Shown here one piece after another: positions 9,601 through 18,861 of a stretch of DNA of 64,000 nucleotides. Each line of letters begins with the position of its first letter. The stretch's first letter is position 1. The position numbers and the translations under genes were made by a program. The DNA is taken from positions 864,001 through 928,000 of the forward strand of contig CBDEUS010000001.1 of the NCBI GenBank assembly GCA_965243395.1, read 5' to 3'. The notes under the pieces are model-generated. The model saw nothing but the letters and a program-made list of their open reading frames with translations, did no database searches and was not told where the DNA came from. Origin of the DNA: Gammaproteobacteria bacterium. GTDB taxonomy: Bacteria > Pseudomonadota > Gammaproteobacteria > UBA4575.

Positions 9601-10542
9601 ATGCCAAAGTATCGTAAAAATTTACCTCAGCTTTCAGGTGATCTGTATTTAACAGATGGTGGTATCGAAACTACTATGATCTTTCATGAGGGTTTCGAAT
9701 TACCTTATTTTGCAGCTTTTCCACTACTTGATAACACCAAGGGTCAAGAAGCCTTGCAAAGGTATTTTCATAATCACTGTAGTATTGCTGCAAATTATAA
9801 AGTTGGTTTTATTCTAGAGGCGATTACTTGGCGTGCGAGTTTAGATTGGGCAAAAAAACTAGGTTATTCCAAAGAAGGTTTAGATGAGATGCTGCACAAA
9901 GCAGTCGAGTTTTTAGCTCCTTTTAGATCGGAATATGAAACCGAAGATACCAAAATGGTTTTGAGTAGCTGTATTGGCCCACGTGGTGATGGCTATGTTC
10001 CAGAAGATCAAATGTCTATTAACGAAGCAGAAGATTATCATTCCTTACAAATTGAAACATTAAGCAAAACTGATGCTGATATGGTAACTGTACTAACGCT
10101 TAATTATGTTGAAGAAGCCATCGGAATTGCACGTGCAGCAATAGCACATCAAATTCCATCTGTAATATCATTTACTGTTGAAACTGATGGTAATCTTCCT
10201 ACAGGCCAAACATTGAAAGAGGCAATTGAAACCGTAGATACAGAAACTGACCAAGCGCCTCTTTATTATAAAATAAACTGTGCTCACCCCACGCATTTTG
10301 AGAAAGTAGTTTCAACTGGTGAGTCGTGGCTTCAAAAGATTCGCAGTGTTCGTGCAAATGCATCAAAGTGTAGTCATGCTGAACTTGATGAAGCAGATGA
10401 ATTAGATGAAGGTAATGCAAAAGAACTAGGCGCTCAATATCGTGAACTTAGAAATAAACTGCCAAATTTAAATGTGTTAGGGGGATGCTGTGGAACTGAC
10501 AGTCGACATATTGATGCAATTTGTAAAGCCTGTGTTTCGTAG
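9601..10542 (+). CDS. Homocysteine S-methyltransferase family protein
   Basis: LTDGGIET, IGPRGDGY, INCAHP and the GGCCGT Zn motif. Confidence 0.88.
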   Translation: MPKYRKNLPQLSGDLYLTDGGIETTMIFHEGFELPYFAAFPLLDNTKGQEALQRYFHNHCSIAANYKVGFILEAITWRASLDWAKKLGYSKEGLDEMLHKAVEFLAPFRSEYETEDTKMVLSSCIGPRGDGYVPEDQMSINEAEDYHSLQIETLSKTDADMVTVLTLNYVEEAIGIARAAIAHQIPSVISFTVETDGNLPTGQTLKEAIETVDTETDQAPLYYKINCAHPTHFEKVVSTGESWLQKIRSVRANASKCSHAELDEADELDEGNAKELGAQYRELRNKLPNLNVLGGCCGTDSRHIDAICKACVS

Positions 10543-10555
10543 AAAAAATAATTAA

Positions 10556-10583
10556 ATGACCGCTACAGAACAAAAGCGATCAT
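10556..10583 (+). repeat. 28-bp cassette site
   Basis: ATGACCGCTAC AGAACA AAAGCGATCAT. Confidence 0.75.
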
Positions 10584-10638
10584 ATTTATGAAATTAATAA
10601 TTCTTAATATTGGAATAGTTAATAAAGGATAGCAAGAT

Positions 10639-11073
10639 ATGCAAAAGTTTCCTCATCATTACCATGCACAAGCACTTGGAGGACCTACTGGTTCACTTGA
10701 TACACAATCAAATGGATTAACGAAGCTCGATATTGCTGCGCCAAAGGAATTTGATGGGCCAGGAGATAAATGGTCGCCAGAGGACCTTTTGGTAGCAAGC
10801 GTAGCTAGTTGCTTGATACTTACTTTCCGCGCCATAGCAACTGCCTCAAAATTAGAGTGGTCTGAGTTATCTTGTGAGGTTGAAGGAGTATTAGAGATGG
10901 TAGATCGCAAAACTCAGTTCACTGAAATCTACATTAACGCCTCATTGGTTATTAAATCACAAGAAGATGAAGAGAAGGCCGCGCAAATTATTGAGAAGGC
11001 AGAAAAAAATTGTCTAATCACAAACTCACTTACATCAGCTAAACATTTAAATGCTAATGTAATTATTGCTTAA
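10639..11073 (+). CDS. OsmC/Ohr family peroxiredoxin-like protein
   Basis: APKEFDGPG, WSPEDLL..SVASC, AEKNCLITNSL. Confidence 0.88.
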   Translation: MQKFPHHYHAQALGGPTGSLDTQSNGLTKLDIAAPKEFDGPGDKWSPEDLLVASVASCLILTFRAIATASKLEWSELSCEVEGVLEMVDRKTQFTEIYINASLVIKSQEDEEKAAQIIEKAEKNCLITNSLTSAKHLNANVIIA

Positions 11074-11101
11074 TTGTCAGCTATATACCCAAAGCGGGCA
11101 T
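11074..11101 (+). repeat. 28-bp cassette site
   Basis: TTGTCAGCTAT ATACCC AAAGCGGGCAT. Confidence 0.75.
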
Positions 11102-11115
11102 TCAAAGGTTATTAA

Positions 11116-11493
11116 ATGAAAGAAATAATAGACTTCAAACCATTTGTACCTTCAAACGACTACGAAGTATCAAAATCTTTTTATGAACATATAGGATTTA
11201 AGATCAACTGGGACGATGGGGAAGTATGTGAAGTCGACACAGAATTTGGATACCGTTTTTTGTTGCTACCTAAAAATCACAATAACTATGCCCATAGTTT
11301 AATGCTCCATTTTATGGTTAATTCTGCACAAGAATGGTACGAGCACTTTTGCTCAATACAGTTAACTGAAAACTTTAAAGGCACTAAAGTCTCAGTGCCT
11401 AAATTAATGCCTTGGGGCTTAATCGTTACTCATGTCTGGGATCCAGCAGGTGTATTGCTCCATTTTGCTGAACGACCAGAACCTAAAGAGTAG
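11116..11493 (+). CDS. VOC/glyoxalase family protein
   Basis: PFVPSNDYEVSKSFYEHIGF, PWG, DPAGVLLHF. Confidence 0.8.
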   Translation: MKEIIDFKPFVPSNDYEVSKSFYEHIGFKINWDDGEVCEVDTEFGYRFLLLPKNHNNYAHSLMLHFMVNSAQEWYEHFCSIQLTENFKGTKVSVPKLMPWGLIVTHVWDPAGVLLHFAERPEPKE

Positions 11494-11517
11494 CCGCTAA
11501 CGACTCAAAGCAGACTA
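11490..11517 (+). repeat. 28-bp cassette site overlapping the upstream stop codon
   Basis: GTAGCCGCTAA CGACTC AAAGCAGACTA. Confidence 0.75.
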
Positions 11518-11615
11518 TTGGGTCGATAATCTATCGAAAGTTATCCTCTGATATTTCAAAATATTTAAGCTGAAACAAAATTCAAGGCTTAATTCCAAAT
11601 CGGTATTCTATATCT

Positions 11616-12212
11616 ATGAATAAACTATTTAGAATCCTCCATGCACTTACTGCATTAACTGCTGTAATTGCTTGTGTTGTACTAATATTTGCTAAAGGAG
11701 GACATCCGCCAGGAATAGTGTTTGTCCCATTTGTATTAGTTTATTGGGTTATTACGCATGTTATTTTACTAGTACTAAAATGGTTTTTGGCATACATGGC
11801 TAAATCAGAAGAAGATTCAAATTCTCAAGGATGGCCGCCACTGCTTACGCTCATTGCAATTATTAGTGGATTATTTTTAGCTTTTGCAATGTATGGAGTG
11901 TTTCATGATTATGTACTGCGTTCATACAAAATAGAAATTCAAGATATAGTATGGGCAGCTATGTTTTTTATTGCACCGGCATTATTGTTAGGTGGATTAG
12001 TGTTTGGTGCAGCTACAGGTTCAAAATATGCTAGATGGATCGCAGCTGGAGGGCCAGTTGCATATCTAGTTTACAGTATTATGCATATTATAAATGGAAC
12101 TGCGAAACCTTCTTTTTTTAATATTATTATTGTGTTTGGACTTTGTATTGCGCTAAGTTCATATTTAATTTTTTCCTCTAGAGTAAAGAATTTTATTTCA
12201 TCACGGAAGTAG
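11616..12212 (+). CDS. Hypothetical multi-pass membrane protein
   Basis: 198 aa with about six hydrophobic segments. Confidence 0.65.
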   Translation: MNKLFRILHALTALTAVIACVVLIFAKGGHPPGIVFVPFVLVYWVITHVILLVLKWFLAYMAKSEEDSNSQGWPPLLTLIAIISGLFLAFAMYGVFHDYVLRSYKIEIQDIVWAAMFFIAPALLLGGLVFGAATGSKYARWIAAGGPVAYLVYSIMHIINGTAKPSFFNIIIVFGLCIALSSYLIFSSRVKNFISSRK

Positions 12213-12262
12213 GTTTTTTCTGCATGTTGGCTGTTATCTATAAGCTATCAAAAAATTTTGTC

Positions 12263-12290
12263 ACGACTGCTAATGTTCCAAAACGGACAT
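12263..12290 (+). repeat. 28-bp cassette site
   Basis: ACGACTGCTAA TGTTCC AAAACGGACAT. Confidence 0.75.
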
Positions 12291-12307
12291 TTTGATACTT
12301 TTCTAAG

Positions 12308-12694
12308 ATGTTCAAGAATATATTTTCAGCGTTTCTAAACTCATTTTCAGAGTCACAAAAGCTTGAAAAACGTTACCAACAATTAGTAACGCGTATTGGT
12401 TGGATTACAGTAGCAATAAGTTGTCTAGCTTTAATTGGGGTGATGTATATATCAAGGTTGATGTTTGGGCTGCCTGTTGAAGGTGGAAGTCTAGAGGGCT
12501 TACGTTTAAATCTTATATCATGGGTTATTTTTTTAATTATAGTTATCCCCATAATATTTTACGTTGGAATGGTTTTGGTATACGGAGCATTTGGAATTGT
12601 TATGTTTTTGCTAGGTAAAATTTCGTGGTCACAAGTCATTGATTGTGCTTGTTACGGTAAATATCCCAATAAATGGTATAAGACATATACCTAA
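12308..12694 (+). CDS. Hypothetical membrane protein
   Basis: 128 aa with 2-3 TM segments. Confidence 0.65.
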   Translation: MFKNIFSAFLNSFSESQKLEKRYQQLVTRIGWITVAISCLALIGVMYISRLMFGLPVEGGSLEGLRLNLISWVIFLIIVIPIIFYVGMVLVYGAFGIVMFLLGKISWSQVIDCACYGKYPNKWYKTYT

Positions 12695-12703
12695 CAAATT
12701 AAT

Positions 12704-12731
12704 ATGACCTCTAACGACACAAAGCGGAAAT
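12704..12731 (+). repeat. 28-bp cassette site
   Basis: ATGACCTCTAA CGACAC AAAGCGGAAAT. Confidence 0.8.
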
Positions 12732-12748
12732 AAGAGGCGGAGATGTAA

Positions 12749-13012
12749 ATGGATAAATACGAGAAGCTTTCACCAGATGTATTAAATGCCATTCATTCCA
12801 ATAGGAAAATCGAAGCAATAAAGCTATTAAGGGAAAGTAACAATCTTGGCCTTAAAGAGGCTAAACAAGTTGTTGATAAGTACATGCGTGAAAACCCAGA
12901 TTTAATTGTAGAAAGTGGAAATGCAAAAGGTCTTGGTATTAATGGCCTAATTCTAATTATTGCTGCAATTGTTTTATTATATTTTCTTAATTCTAGGTAC
13001 AATTTTTTTTGA
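12749..13012 (+). CDS. Ribosomal L7/L12 C-terminal-like domain protein with a C-terminal TM anchor
   Basis: KIEAIKLLRE..NLGLKEAKQVVD motif followed by a hydrophobic tail. Confidence 0.75.
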   Translation: MDKYEKLSPDVLNAIHSNRKIEAIKLLRESNNLGLKEAKQVVDKYMRENPDLIVESGNAKGLGINGLILIIAAIVLLYFLNSRYNFF

Positions 13013-13038
13013 TGGTCAATATACTCAAGAGTAATTAA

Positions 13039-13066
13039 TTGACTTCTAACGAATCAAAGCCGGCAA
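13039..13066 (+). repeat. 28-bp cassette site
   Basis: TTGACTTCTAA CGAATC AAAGCCGGCAA. Confidence 0.7.
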
Positions 13067-13082
13067 TTGAAAATCAGCAAAA

Positions 13083-13343
13083 ATGAAAGTTAAAGCTTCC
13101 GTTACACAAAAATTGAAATTTACAAAATCAATAGAAATTTCTTCATGCCCCGATGAGGAATTTAAAGATACAAAATGCCTCAAAATAGGAGATGAGTACT
13201 TTTTACCGAGCATCGAATGGACAAAGTTTATACCTGCAAGTCTATCTGATGATGGTTATGCCTATTTTGAGGAAGTGACAGGAGAAGAATGGGAAGCAAT
13301 CCACCATGCAATTAAAGAAGAAAAGACTAAAGTTACAAAATAG
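13083..13343 (+). CDS. Hypothetical protein
   Basis: 86-aa ORF between two 28-bp sites. Confidence 0.6.
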   Translation: MKVKASVTQKLKFTKSIEISSCPDEEFKDTKCLKIGDEYFLPSIEWTKFIPASLSDDGYAYFEEVTGEEWEAIHHAIKEEKTKVTK

Positions 13344-13366
13344 GTGTGATGCATAAAATATTTTTT

Positions 13367-13394
13367 ATGTCTGTTTACAATCCAATGCGGGCAT
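13367..13394 (+). repeat. 28-bp cassette site
   Basis: ATGTCTGTTTA CAATCC AATGCGGGCAT. Confidence 0.7.
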
Positions 13395-13398
13395 AGCT

Positions 13399-13701
13399 AT
13401 GAGTTTGAGCAAGCGAGTTAAATTTATATATGGTCTTCTAATACCTATAGCTATATTGATCATCGGCATGCTGATAATTGCAAATGTAGATTCTGGCGCA
13501 AGCGCTGCTGAGTTTGCAGGACTAGCAGTATTCTTCATGTTGCTTATTTCATTACCGATAACAATAGTGCTCAATACAGTTCTGATGTTTAAAAATTTTC
13601 ATACTCCTATAGCCTGTTTGGGTAGAGGAATGATAATCCCAGTGCTAATTTTAATCTCAGCAATTGTTTATCAATCTGGACTATGGGATAAATTAACTTG
13701 A
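13399..13701 (+). CDS. Hypothetical membrane protein (about 3 TM)
   Basis: 100-aa hydrophobic ORF between two sites. Confidence 0.65.
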   Translation: MSLSKRVKFIYGLLIPIAILIIGMLIIANVDSGASAAEFAGLAVFFMLLISLPITIVLNTVLMFKNFHTPIACLGRGMIIPVLILISAIVYQSGLWDKLT

Positions 13702-13723
13702 GATGCGGAATGAATTTAGCAAT

Positions 13724-13751
13724 ATGACTGCTAACGACCCAAAGCGGACGT
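13724..13751 (+). repeat. 28-bp cassette site
   Basis: ATGACTGCTAA CGACCC AAAGCGGACGT. Confidence 0.85.
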
Positions 13752-13814
13752 ACAGGTGTGCTTCAAAGTTGTATAATTAGTCGAATAAATATCAACAAAC
13801 TGGGAGGGTTTAAT

Positions 13815-14300
13815 ATGCTGGCATACTATAGATTCTGCGTTGTAATATTTATATTTCTATTATTTTCTAATATTTCTTTAGCCGAAAAAAAAGCAAACTT
13901 TAAAGATGACACAATAGCCAAAGAGATACTTTTTGATAAAAGCTGGAACTGTTCATTTGGTGATAATTCTGGATGGAGTGGTTATGGAATCTGGAAATTT
14001 GAAACTATTAGTAAGAAAAAAGTAACTGGAAGCTTAGATATTGAAGCTTGCTACGGCGATAGTTTAGTTGAAGGTAAATATTCGGGGGGCACAGCGAGTG
14101 GAACATTTAATGGGAAACTGAAGAAAGACACAATGAAATTTACTGCAAACCCACCGCCAGGTGGTGTTTGTAGAACTTTCAATGGCAAGCTTAAATTTTT
14201 TCTAATTGATGGAAGTGATGAATATACTGCGGAAGGGAAATTCAGTAGAACACATAACGGTGTTCCGTATCGTGGAACTCTATACTGTTCTGTCCAGTAA
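13815..14300 (+). CDS. Hypothetical secreted beta-rich protein
   Basis: GGAGG RBS before ATG 13815 (the ORF track starts at 13758); signal peptide; four Cys in the mature part. Confidence 0.65.
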   Translation: MLAYYRFCVVIFIFLLFSNISLAEKKANFKDDTIAKEILFDKSWNCSFGDNSGWSGYGIWKFETISKKKVTGSLDIEACYGDSLVEGKYSGGTASGTFNGKLKKDTMKFTANPPPGGVCRTFNGKLKFFLIDGSDEYTAEGKFSRTHNGVPYRGTLYCSVQ

Positions 14301-14329
14301 AAATCATTTAATAAATTTTAACCAACCAA

Positions 14330-14357
14330 ATAACCGCTATTGGCCGAAAACAGACAT
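14330..14357 (+). repeat. 28-bp cassette site (TGGCCG spacer)
   Basis: ATAACCGCTAT TGGCCG AAAACAGACAT. Confidence 0.8.
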
Positions 14358-14370
14358 TTCCTAAAGTAGT

Positions 14371-14407
14371 AGAATAGGGTGACTCACCCCATTACAAAAC
14401 CCGCGTC
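14371..14407 (+). repeat. ~55-bp repeat B, truncated copy
   Basis: AGAATAGGGTGACTCACCCCATTACAAAACCCGCGTC. Confidence 0.75.
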
Positions 14408-14596
14408 TTTTTCTAGAGATGCATCTTTAACTAATTTTAAACTCGCAACGTCTGTTATTAGCAAATGGCGTAAATATTAAACCTAAATTATTAATAAAAC
14501 TGATTAATATAATTAAGCGGTTATATTTATTATTACAATTGATGTTCTTCATATAATATTAGATTCAATGTAAGCACTTATTTGAGGATGTATGCC

Positions 14597-15292
14597 ATGT
14601 CCACTACAGTTCCTGATTTACCAGAGCAATGGAAAGATTTAGATTTTGTCAAAATTTTAGCTCAACCAGCTGCGTTTATATCTATAAGCCAGTGCAATAG
14701 CCTTTATAAACCCGAAGGAGCACAGGGAAATGAGAAACAATGGGAACGTGGCACTTTAGAAAACACCATTAAAGTAGCCAACGCCTGTCGTGAAGCAAAC
14801 ATGAAATTCTTTTGGATTGGCTACGATGTGTTTCGTGAAGACTATCCCATGACTGAACTTGATCGAGCACAGTATGGTACTTGGAGCGAAGTGTTCGATA
14901 CAAAGAACAGAACAGAAGAATATAAGAAATGGGATGGTGAATTAGCAGATGAGCTCAAAGCGATTTCACAACCTGAAGATGAAGAGTTTTTTGAATATGC
15001 TCACCAGAGTTCTTTTGTAGGCACACCATTAAAATTAATGCTTGAACGAGCAGGCATTAAAACATTGGTGTTTTGTGGAATTCACTTAGATTGGTGTATT
15101 GAAGGAAATTCACGTGCAGCAAGAGATGAAGGGTACATGCCCATCGTGATTGGTGATGCATGTTCGTGCCAAGATCCTGCGGATGATGTCCCAACTATGA
15201 ATCGGCTTAACAGAATAGTTTGCCCTGTGCTTTCAGCAGATCAAGCGGTAAGTTACATCTTGCAAGGACAAGCAAAAATAAAAGCCGCCTAA
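14597..15292 (+). CDS. Isochorismatase-like cysteine hydrolase family protein
   Basis: SSFVGTPL..ML...GIKTLVFCGIHLDWCIEG..RAARDEGY..IVIGDAC; GAGGA RBS before ATG 14597. Confidence 0.8.
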   Translation: MSTTVPDLPEQWKDLDFVKILAQPAAFISISQCNSLYKPEGAQGNEKQWERGTLENTIKVANACREANMKFFWIGYDVFREDYPMTELDRAQYGTWSEVFDTKNRTEEYKKWDGELADELKAISQPEDEEFFEYAHQSSFVGTPLKLMLERAGIKTLVFCGIHLDWCIEGNSRAARDEGYMPIVIGDACSCQDPADDVPTMNRLNRIVCPVLSADQAVSYILQGQAKIKAA

Positions 15293-15402
15293 AATCTATA
15301 AATTACTACGTAGTAAAACTTTTGCTTTTAGTTGAAAGCAGAAGTATTGGTAGTGCCAACCTTAACTCTGTAACCAGGCGCATGCTACCAAACTATATTA
15401 AA

Positions 15403-15430
15403 ATGTCTGCTTACGATCAATATAGAATAT
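15403..15430 (+). repeat. 28-bp cassette site (degenerate right arm)
   Basis: ATGTCTGCTTA CGATCA ATATAGAATAT. Confidence 0.5.
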
Positions 15431-15475
15431 AAATTTATATAGACTGAGTAAAAATTAATAAAAGAGAGTATTGCA

Positions 15476-15871
15476 ATGAACCTTGATTGGAAGTGGGTTG
15501 GAATTGGCGTCTTGATTATGTTAGGTCTCACTTTAATAGCCGGCATTATTGCTGCATTAATTCTTGGATCTCAACTTGAAGGGGTTACCCGTCCTGAGGA
15601 CATCTCTCTAAGCAACAGTCAAATGCTATTAATTTCAGCTTTAAATTTTCTTGCATTTGTTATTGGAGGATACATTGTCGGCATCAAGTCTTCTGGAAAA
15701 ACTATCATAGAACCTGCTGCAGCCGCTGCAATATCAGTAACAATTAGTTTGGTACTCTCTGGCAATTTAAATATTGCATATTTGCTTACGGCTGGATTTA
15801 TTCCATTTTTAGCAGGTTTATTAGGTGGTTGGTTGGGTGAGAAGAAGCAAGAAGCAAATGCCAAATCGTAA
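15476..15871 (+). CDS. Hypothetical membrane protein (about 4 TM)
   Basis: 131-aa hydrophobic, Gly-rich ORF. Confidence 0.7.
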   Translation: MNLDWKWVGIGVLIMLGLTLIAGIIAALILGSQLEGVTRPEDISLSNSQMLLISALNFLAFVIGGYIVGIKSSGKTIIEPAAAAAISVTISLVLSGNLNIAYLLTAGFIPFLAGLLGGWLGEKKQEANAKS

Positions 15872-15990
15872 CAAAAATTATTTTTTATTCCTAAGTAAAA
15901 TTTAGTTCAAATCTGTATTTATAATATTAACGTTACTTATTTTGGGTAGTTCAGCTTATCATGTTCATTATAATTGATAGGCTTCTAGAA

Positions 15991-16018
15991 TTATCTCCTA
16001 ATGATCCAAAATAGACAT
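15991..16018 (+). repeat. 28-bp cassette site
   Basis: TTATCTCCTAA TGATCC AAAATAGACAT. Confidence 0.6.
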
Positions 16019-16139
16019 TTTAAAATAGCAAATAATAAAAGATTTAATTATTCTGAAAGACTCATTTAAAATTTTTGTTGCAACTTTAATTGTAGTTTAT
16101 GAACGTTCTATTTCTATAATTAAAGCGGTAATTTTTCCG

Positions 16140-16766
16140 ATGTTGATATTAATTACATTATCAATAATCGAAGAGTCGGCACGTAAATCCGGTATAGAAC
16201 CAAGATCATTTGGAATTATACTAGCTATCATATACATGGGGGTATATACAGCGCTCTACTCATTCATCGCTATATCTATCCATAGAATAGTATTGCTCGG
16301 TTCTAATTCAGTACCGACATGGGGAATAAAAAGATGGACTAATAGAGAACATTCCTTTTTTACTTATGCGATTGGTTTTGCTGTTATAACTCTGTTTTTT
16401 ATAGCTTTCAGCTCTATCACTGGGCATTGGGTCGGGCTTTTAGTAGCTTTAATTATAGTTTGTATATTTACAGCACGCCTATCTTTAGTATTTCCGGCTT
16501 GTGCGACAGACCAGAAAATCTCTTTGAAAGAATCTTGGAGACTTACCAAAGGTAAAACGATATTTATGGTATTGGTTATGTATTTTTGGCCCTTATTAGC
16601 TCTTTTGCCAGTGTATCTCGTAATGTTGTTAACTGAATCAATTGGAGGAGGTGGTCTTGCAGCTTCTCAGGTAATATATGATATCTTTGGTTCAGTATTA
16701 TTTGTAATCGGTATTGCTTGTCTGTCACTAGCTTACTTACGGATCATGGGAAATGACGAAATTTAA
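16140..16766 (+). CDS. Hypothetical multi-pass membrane protein; the true start may be upstream
   Basis: IHRIVLLG, RLSLVFPA.A.D, SLKESWRLTKG; the frame stays open back to about 16029 without an ATG. Confidence 0.65.
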   Translation: MLILITLSIIEESARKSGIEPRSFGIILAIIYMGVYTALYSFIAISIHRIVLLGSNSVPTWGIKRWTNREHSFFTYAIGFAVITLFFIAFSSITGHWVGLLVALIIVCIFTARLSLVFPACATDQKISLKESWRLTKGKTIFMVLVMYFWPLLALLPVYLVMLLTESIGGGGLAASQVIYDIFGSVLFVIGIACLSLAYLRIMGNDEI

Positions 16767-16826
16767 TTCCCCTACAATGCTATCAATTGGTCTAATGATG
16801 ACAAAAATCTAAAAAGGTGAATTTAA

Positions 16827-16991
16827 TTGTTTGCGGTATTTAATTTAGGGCTATTATGTGTAGAAATCATATTAATAGTTGCTTGGTTATTAGATCCGCA
16901 AATAAATAATGAATCTGCGATAGTAATTCTAGGCGTACTATTGGTAGTTATGGAGTCATATAGAAGATTCTTGGAAAAGGGGAAAAAATAA
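16827..16991 (+). CDS. Small two-TM protein (54 aa), not in the ORF track
   Basis: AAGGTG then a TTG start; MFAVFNLGLLCVEIILIVAWLLDPQINNESAIVILGVLLVVMESYRRFLEKGKK. Confidence 0.45.
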   Translation: MFAVFNLGLLCVEIILIVAWLLDPQINNESAIVILGVLLVVMESYRRFLEKGKK

Positions 16992-16992
16992 A

Positions 16993-17020
16993 ATTCCAGT
17001 TATCGAGCGAAATAGGATTT
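16993..17020 (+). repeat. 28-bp cassette site (degenerate)
   Basis: ATTCCAGTTAT CGAGCG AAATAGGATTT. Confidence 0.4.
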
Positions 17021-17046
17021 TGTTGATATGTTTACTTATACTTTGA

Positions 17047-17415
17047 GTGTTAAAAATGACTCGCCTAGCTGCTTTATTATTTGCATACTTTTTTTTAGTA
17101 CTTGGTGTAATTGGAGTGTTTTTACCAGGATTGCCGACTGTACCATTTTTACTATTAGCGGCCTGGTTTTCTGCAAAAGGTTCAAAACGTTTACATCGAT
17201 GGCTCTACACACACCCGCATCTTGGGAAACTCTTAATTGACTGGGAACAAGAGGGTGCAATTTCTCGCTCAAGTAAAGTTATAGCATTCATACTCCTTAC
17301 ATTTAGTTGGATATTTATGTACCAACGTATCGAAAATATTTGGATTATGATTGGAATGGCTGTGCTATTTATTTCAATTATGATATTTCTTATCAGCCGA
17401 CCTGAACCACATTGA
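17047..17415 (+). CDS. YbaN/DUF454 family membrane protein
   Basis: [35 protein letters not shown]. Confidence 0.88.
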   Translation: MLKMTRLAALLFAYFFLVLGVIGVFLPGLPTVPFLLLAAWFSAKGSKRLHRWLYTHPHLGKLLIDWEQEGAISRSSKVIAFILLTFSWIFMYQRIENIWIMIGMAVLFISIMIFLISRPEPH

Positions 17416-17464
17416 AATATGCAATTTGAGTCAATTCTTATGTAAATTAAACTAAAAATAAGGC

Positions 17465-17492
17465 ATGTCTGTTGATAATCCAACGTGGACTT
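17465..17492 (+). repeat. 28-bp cassette site
   Basis: ATGTCTGTTGA TAATCC AACGTGGACTT. Confidence 0.6.
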
Positions 17493-17524
17493 TTAGAAAT
17501 TATAGTTGATAGATTTTAATTTTC

Positions 17525-18622
17525 TTAAATTATGACTTGATCTACTGGTCTGCGTAGTGTTCGAGGAGTTGGATCGCCATAGCCAAAACGAATAATTAAA
17601 TCGGGAAGTTTGTTTCCTAACTCTAAATAACTAGCTAACTGGGGTCTTAACTTAGGCACTTCAATTGGTTGATTAATAAATGAGTGTCGTATCCCATGGG
17701 CTGTGGATTGCAGAGCAAAGCGTTGATACGCACGACCGACACTTACCCAAGCTGCTTTTGTTTGGTTTGTACAGCTAAACACAACAATACCAGCCGAACT
17801 TGCAATTTGCTCACGATATTTATCATTCTCGGGTTTTTTCCGATACATTAATTTAAACAAAAGATCTCCCATCCAATTTGGAACTGAAGGGCTTCCAGTT
17901 GATCGATATGTTAAACCGTCACGAAGTTGTAGCGCATCAGCTTCACTGAATCGTATCCAATCTTGAAGTTCATCTACAAATGCTTCGTCATCCATTTGAA
18001 CACTGTTACCCTCAACCACATATTCTGTCATTACATTTTTTGACTCATCTGTGGTTAAAAGGTGTATGTCAATATCGGTGGAATTGGCATACGTTACAAC
18101 ATTATTCAATGTGGATGATATTACTTTTGACCCATTAAAAACTGCTCGTGTACATTGTCTTTGAGGTATCGCTTCAAAAGCGGCGGCTGTTTTTGCTTTT
18201 GATTTATCAAATGAAATGATTACTGATTCTCTTGATTCATCAAATTGTAAATTGCCATAAAGCCCAAATGTCTGTGCTGCAATTAAAATATTTTCAGCAG
18301 CACAACCTAAACTTGCAAAAAGATGATGATCATCAGGATCAACTGCGGGGCATCTGCGACTGAAGTCGGGGACAATATGTATTTCATGATTAGTTAATTT
18401 AAATTTCCAAGGTTGAGTATTGTGGCTATTTGCTGCCATGGTTCCATATCGTACTAACTCACGCAAAATTTCTGAGTTATTTACTATTGGTTGCTGAGAG
18501 TGTTTATATGTTTGTAATACCAATTCATCATATGTGAGACCGTTTGTGTTACTAGCAAATGTTAATGCAGGAACTAAAGCAAATGACGAAACTCCTGCTA
18601 TAAATTCTCTTCTGTTGATCAT
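17525..18622 (-). CDS. Tat-exported Acg-type FMN-binding nitroreductase family protein
   Basis: NRREF Tat motif, AANSHNTQPWKF, SLGCAAEN, GRAYQRFAL, RFGYG. Confidence 0.85.
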   Translation of the reverse strand: MINRREFIAGVSSFALVPALTFASNTNGLTYDELVLQTYKHSQQPIVNNSEILRELVRYGTMAANSHNTQPWKFKLTNHEIHIVPDFSRRCPAVDPDDHHLFASLGCAAENILIAAQTFGLYGNLQFDESRESVIISFDKSKAKTAAAFEAIPQRQCTRAVFNGSKVISSTLNNVVTYANSTDIDIHLLTTDESKNVMTEYVVEGNSVQMDDEAFVDELQDWIRFSEADALQLRDGLTYRSTGSPSVPNWMGDLLFKLMYRKKPENDKYREQIASSAGIVVFSCTNQTKAAWVSVGRAYQRFALQSTAHGIRHSFINQPIEVPKLRPQLASYLELGNKLPDLIIRFGYGDPTPRTLRRPVDQVII

Positions 18623-18701
18623 TTAACTTAGGTTTTTCTTAAAATTTACTCAAAAATTTCCTCAATGCTAAACAGACTAATTCAAGGCTTGGAAAAGGCT
18701 A

Positions 18702-18715
18702 TTGATCTAAATCAG
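18702..18715. promoter_or_regulatory. FNR-like box between divergent genes
   Basis: TTGATCTAAATCAG, one mismatch from consensus. Confidence 0.4.
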
Positions 18716-18861
18716 TATATTCAGATTTAATGCCTAGAGTTGTGATTAATAAAGGAATAAAATGTTCGCTCAACGTCGAACAAACTTTTTAGATTTTACT
18801 TCTAAAGCATGTTTGAACTGAAATCATGCAGACTAAAAATAGTTAGTCCATCAAGATCCAT

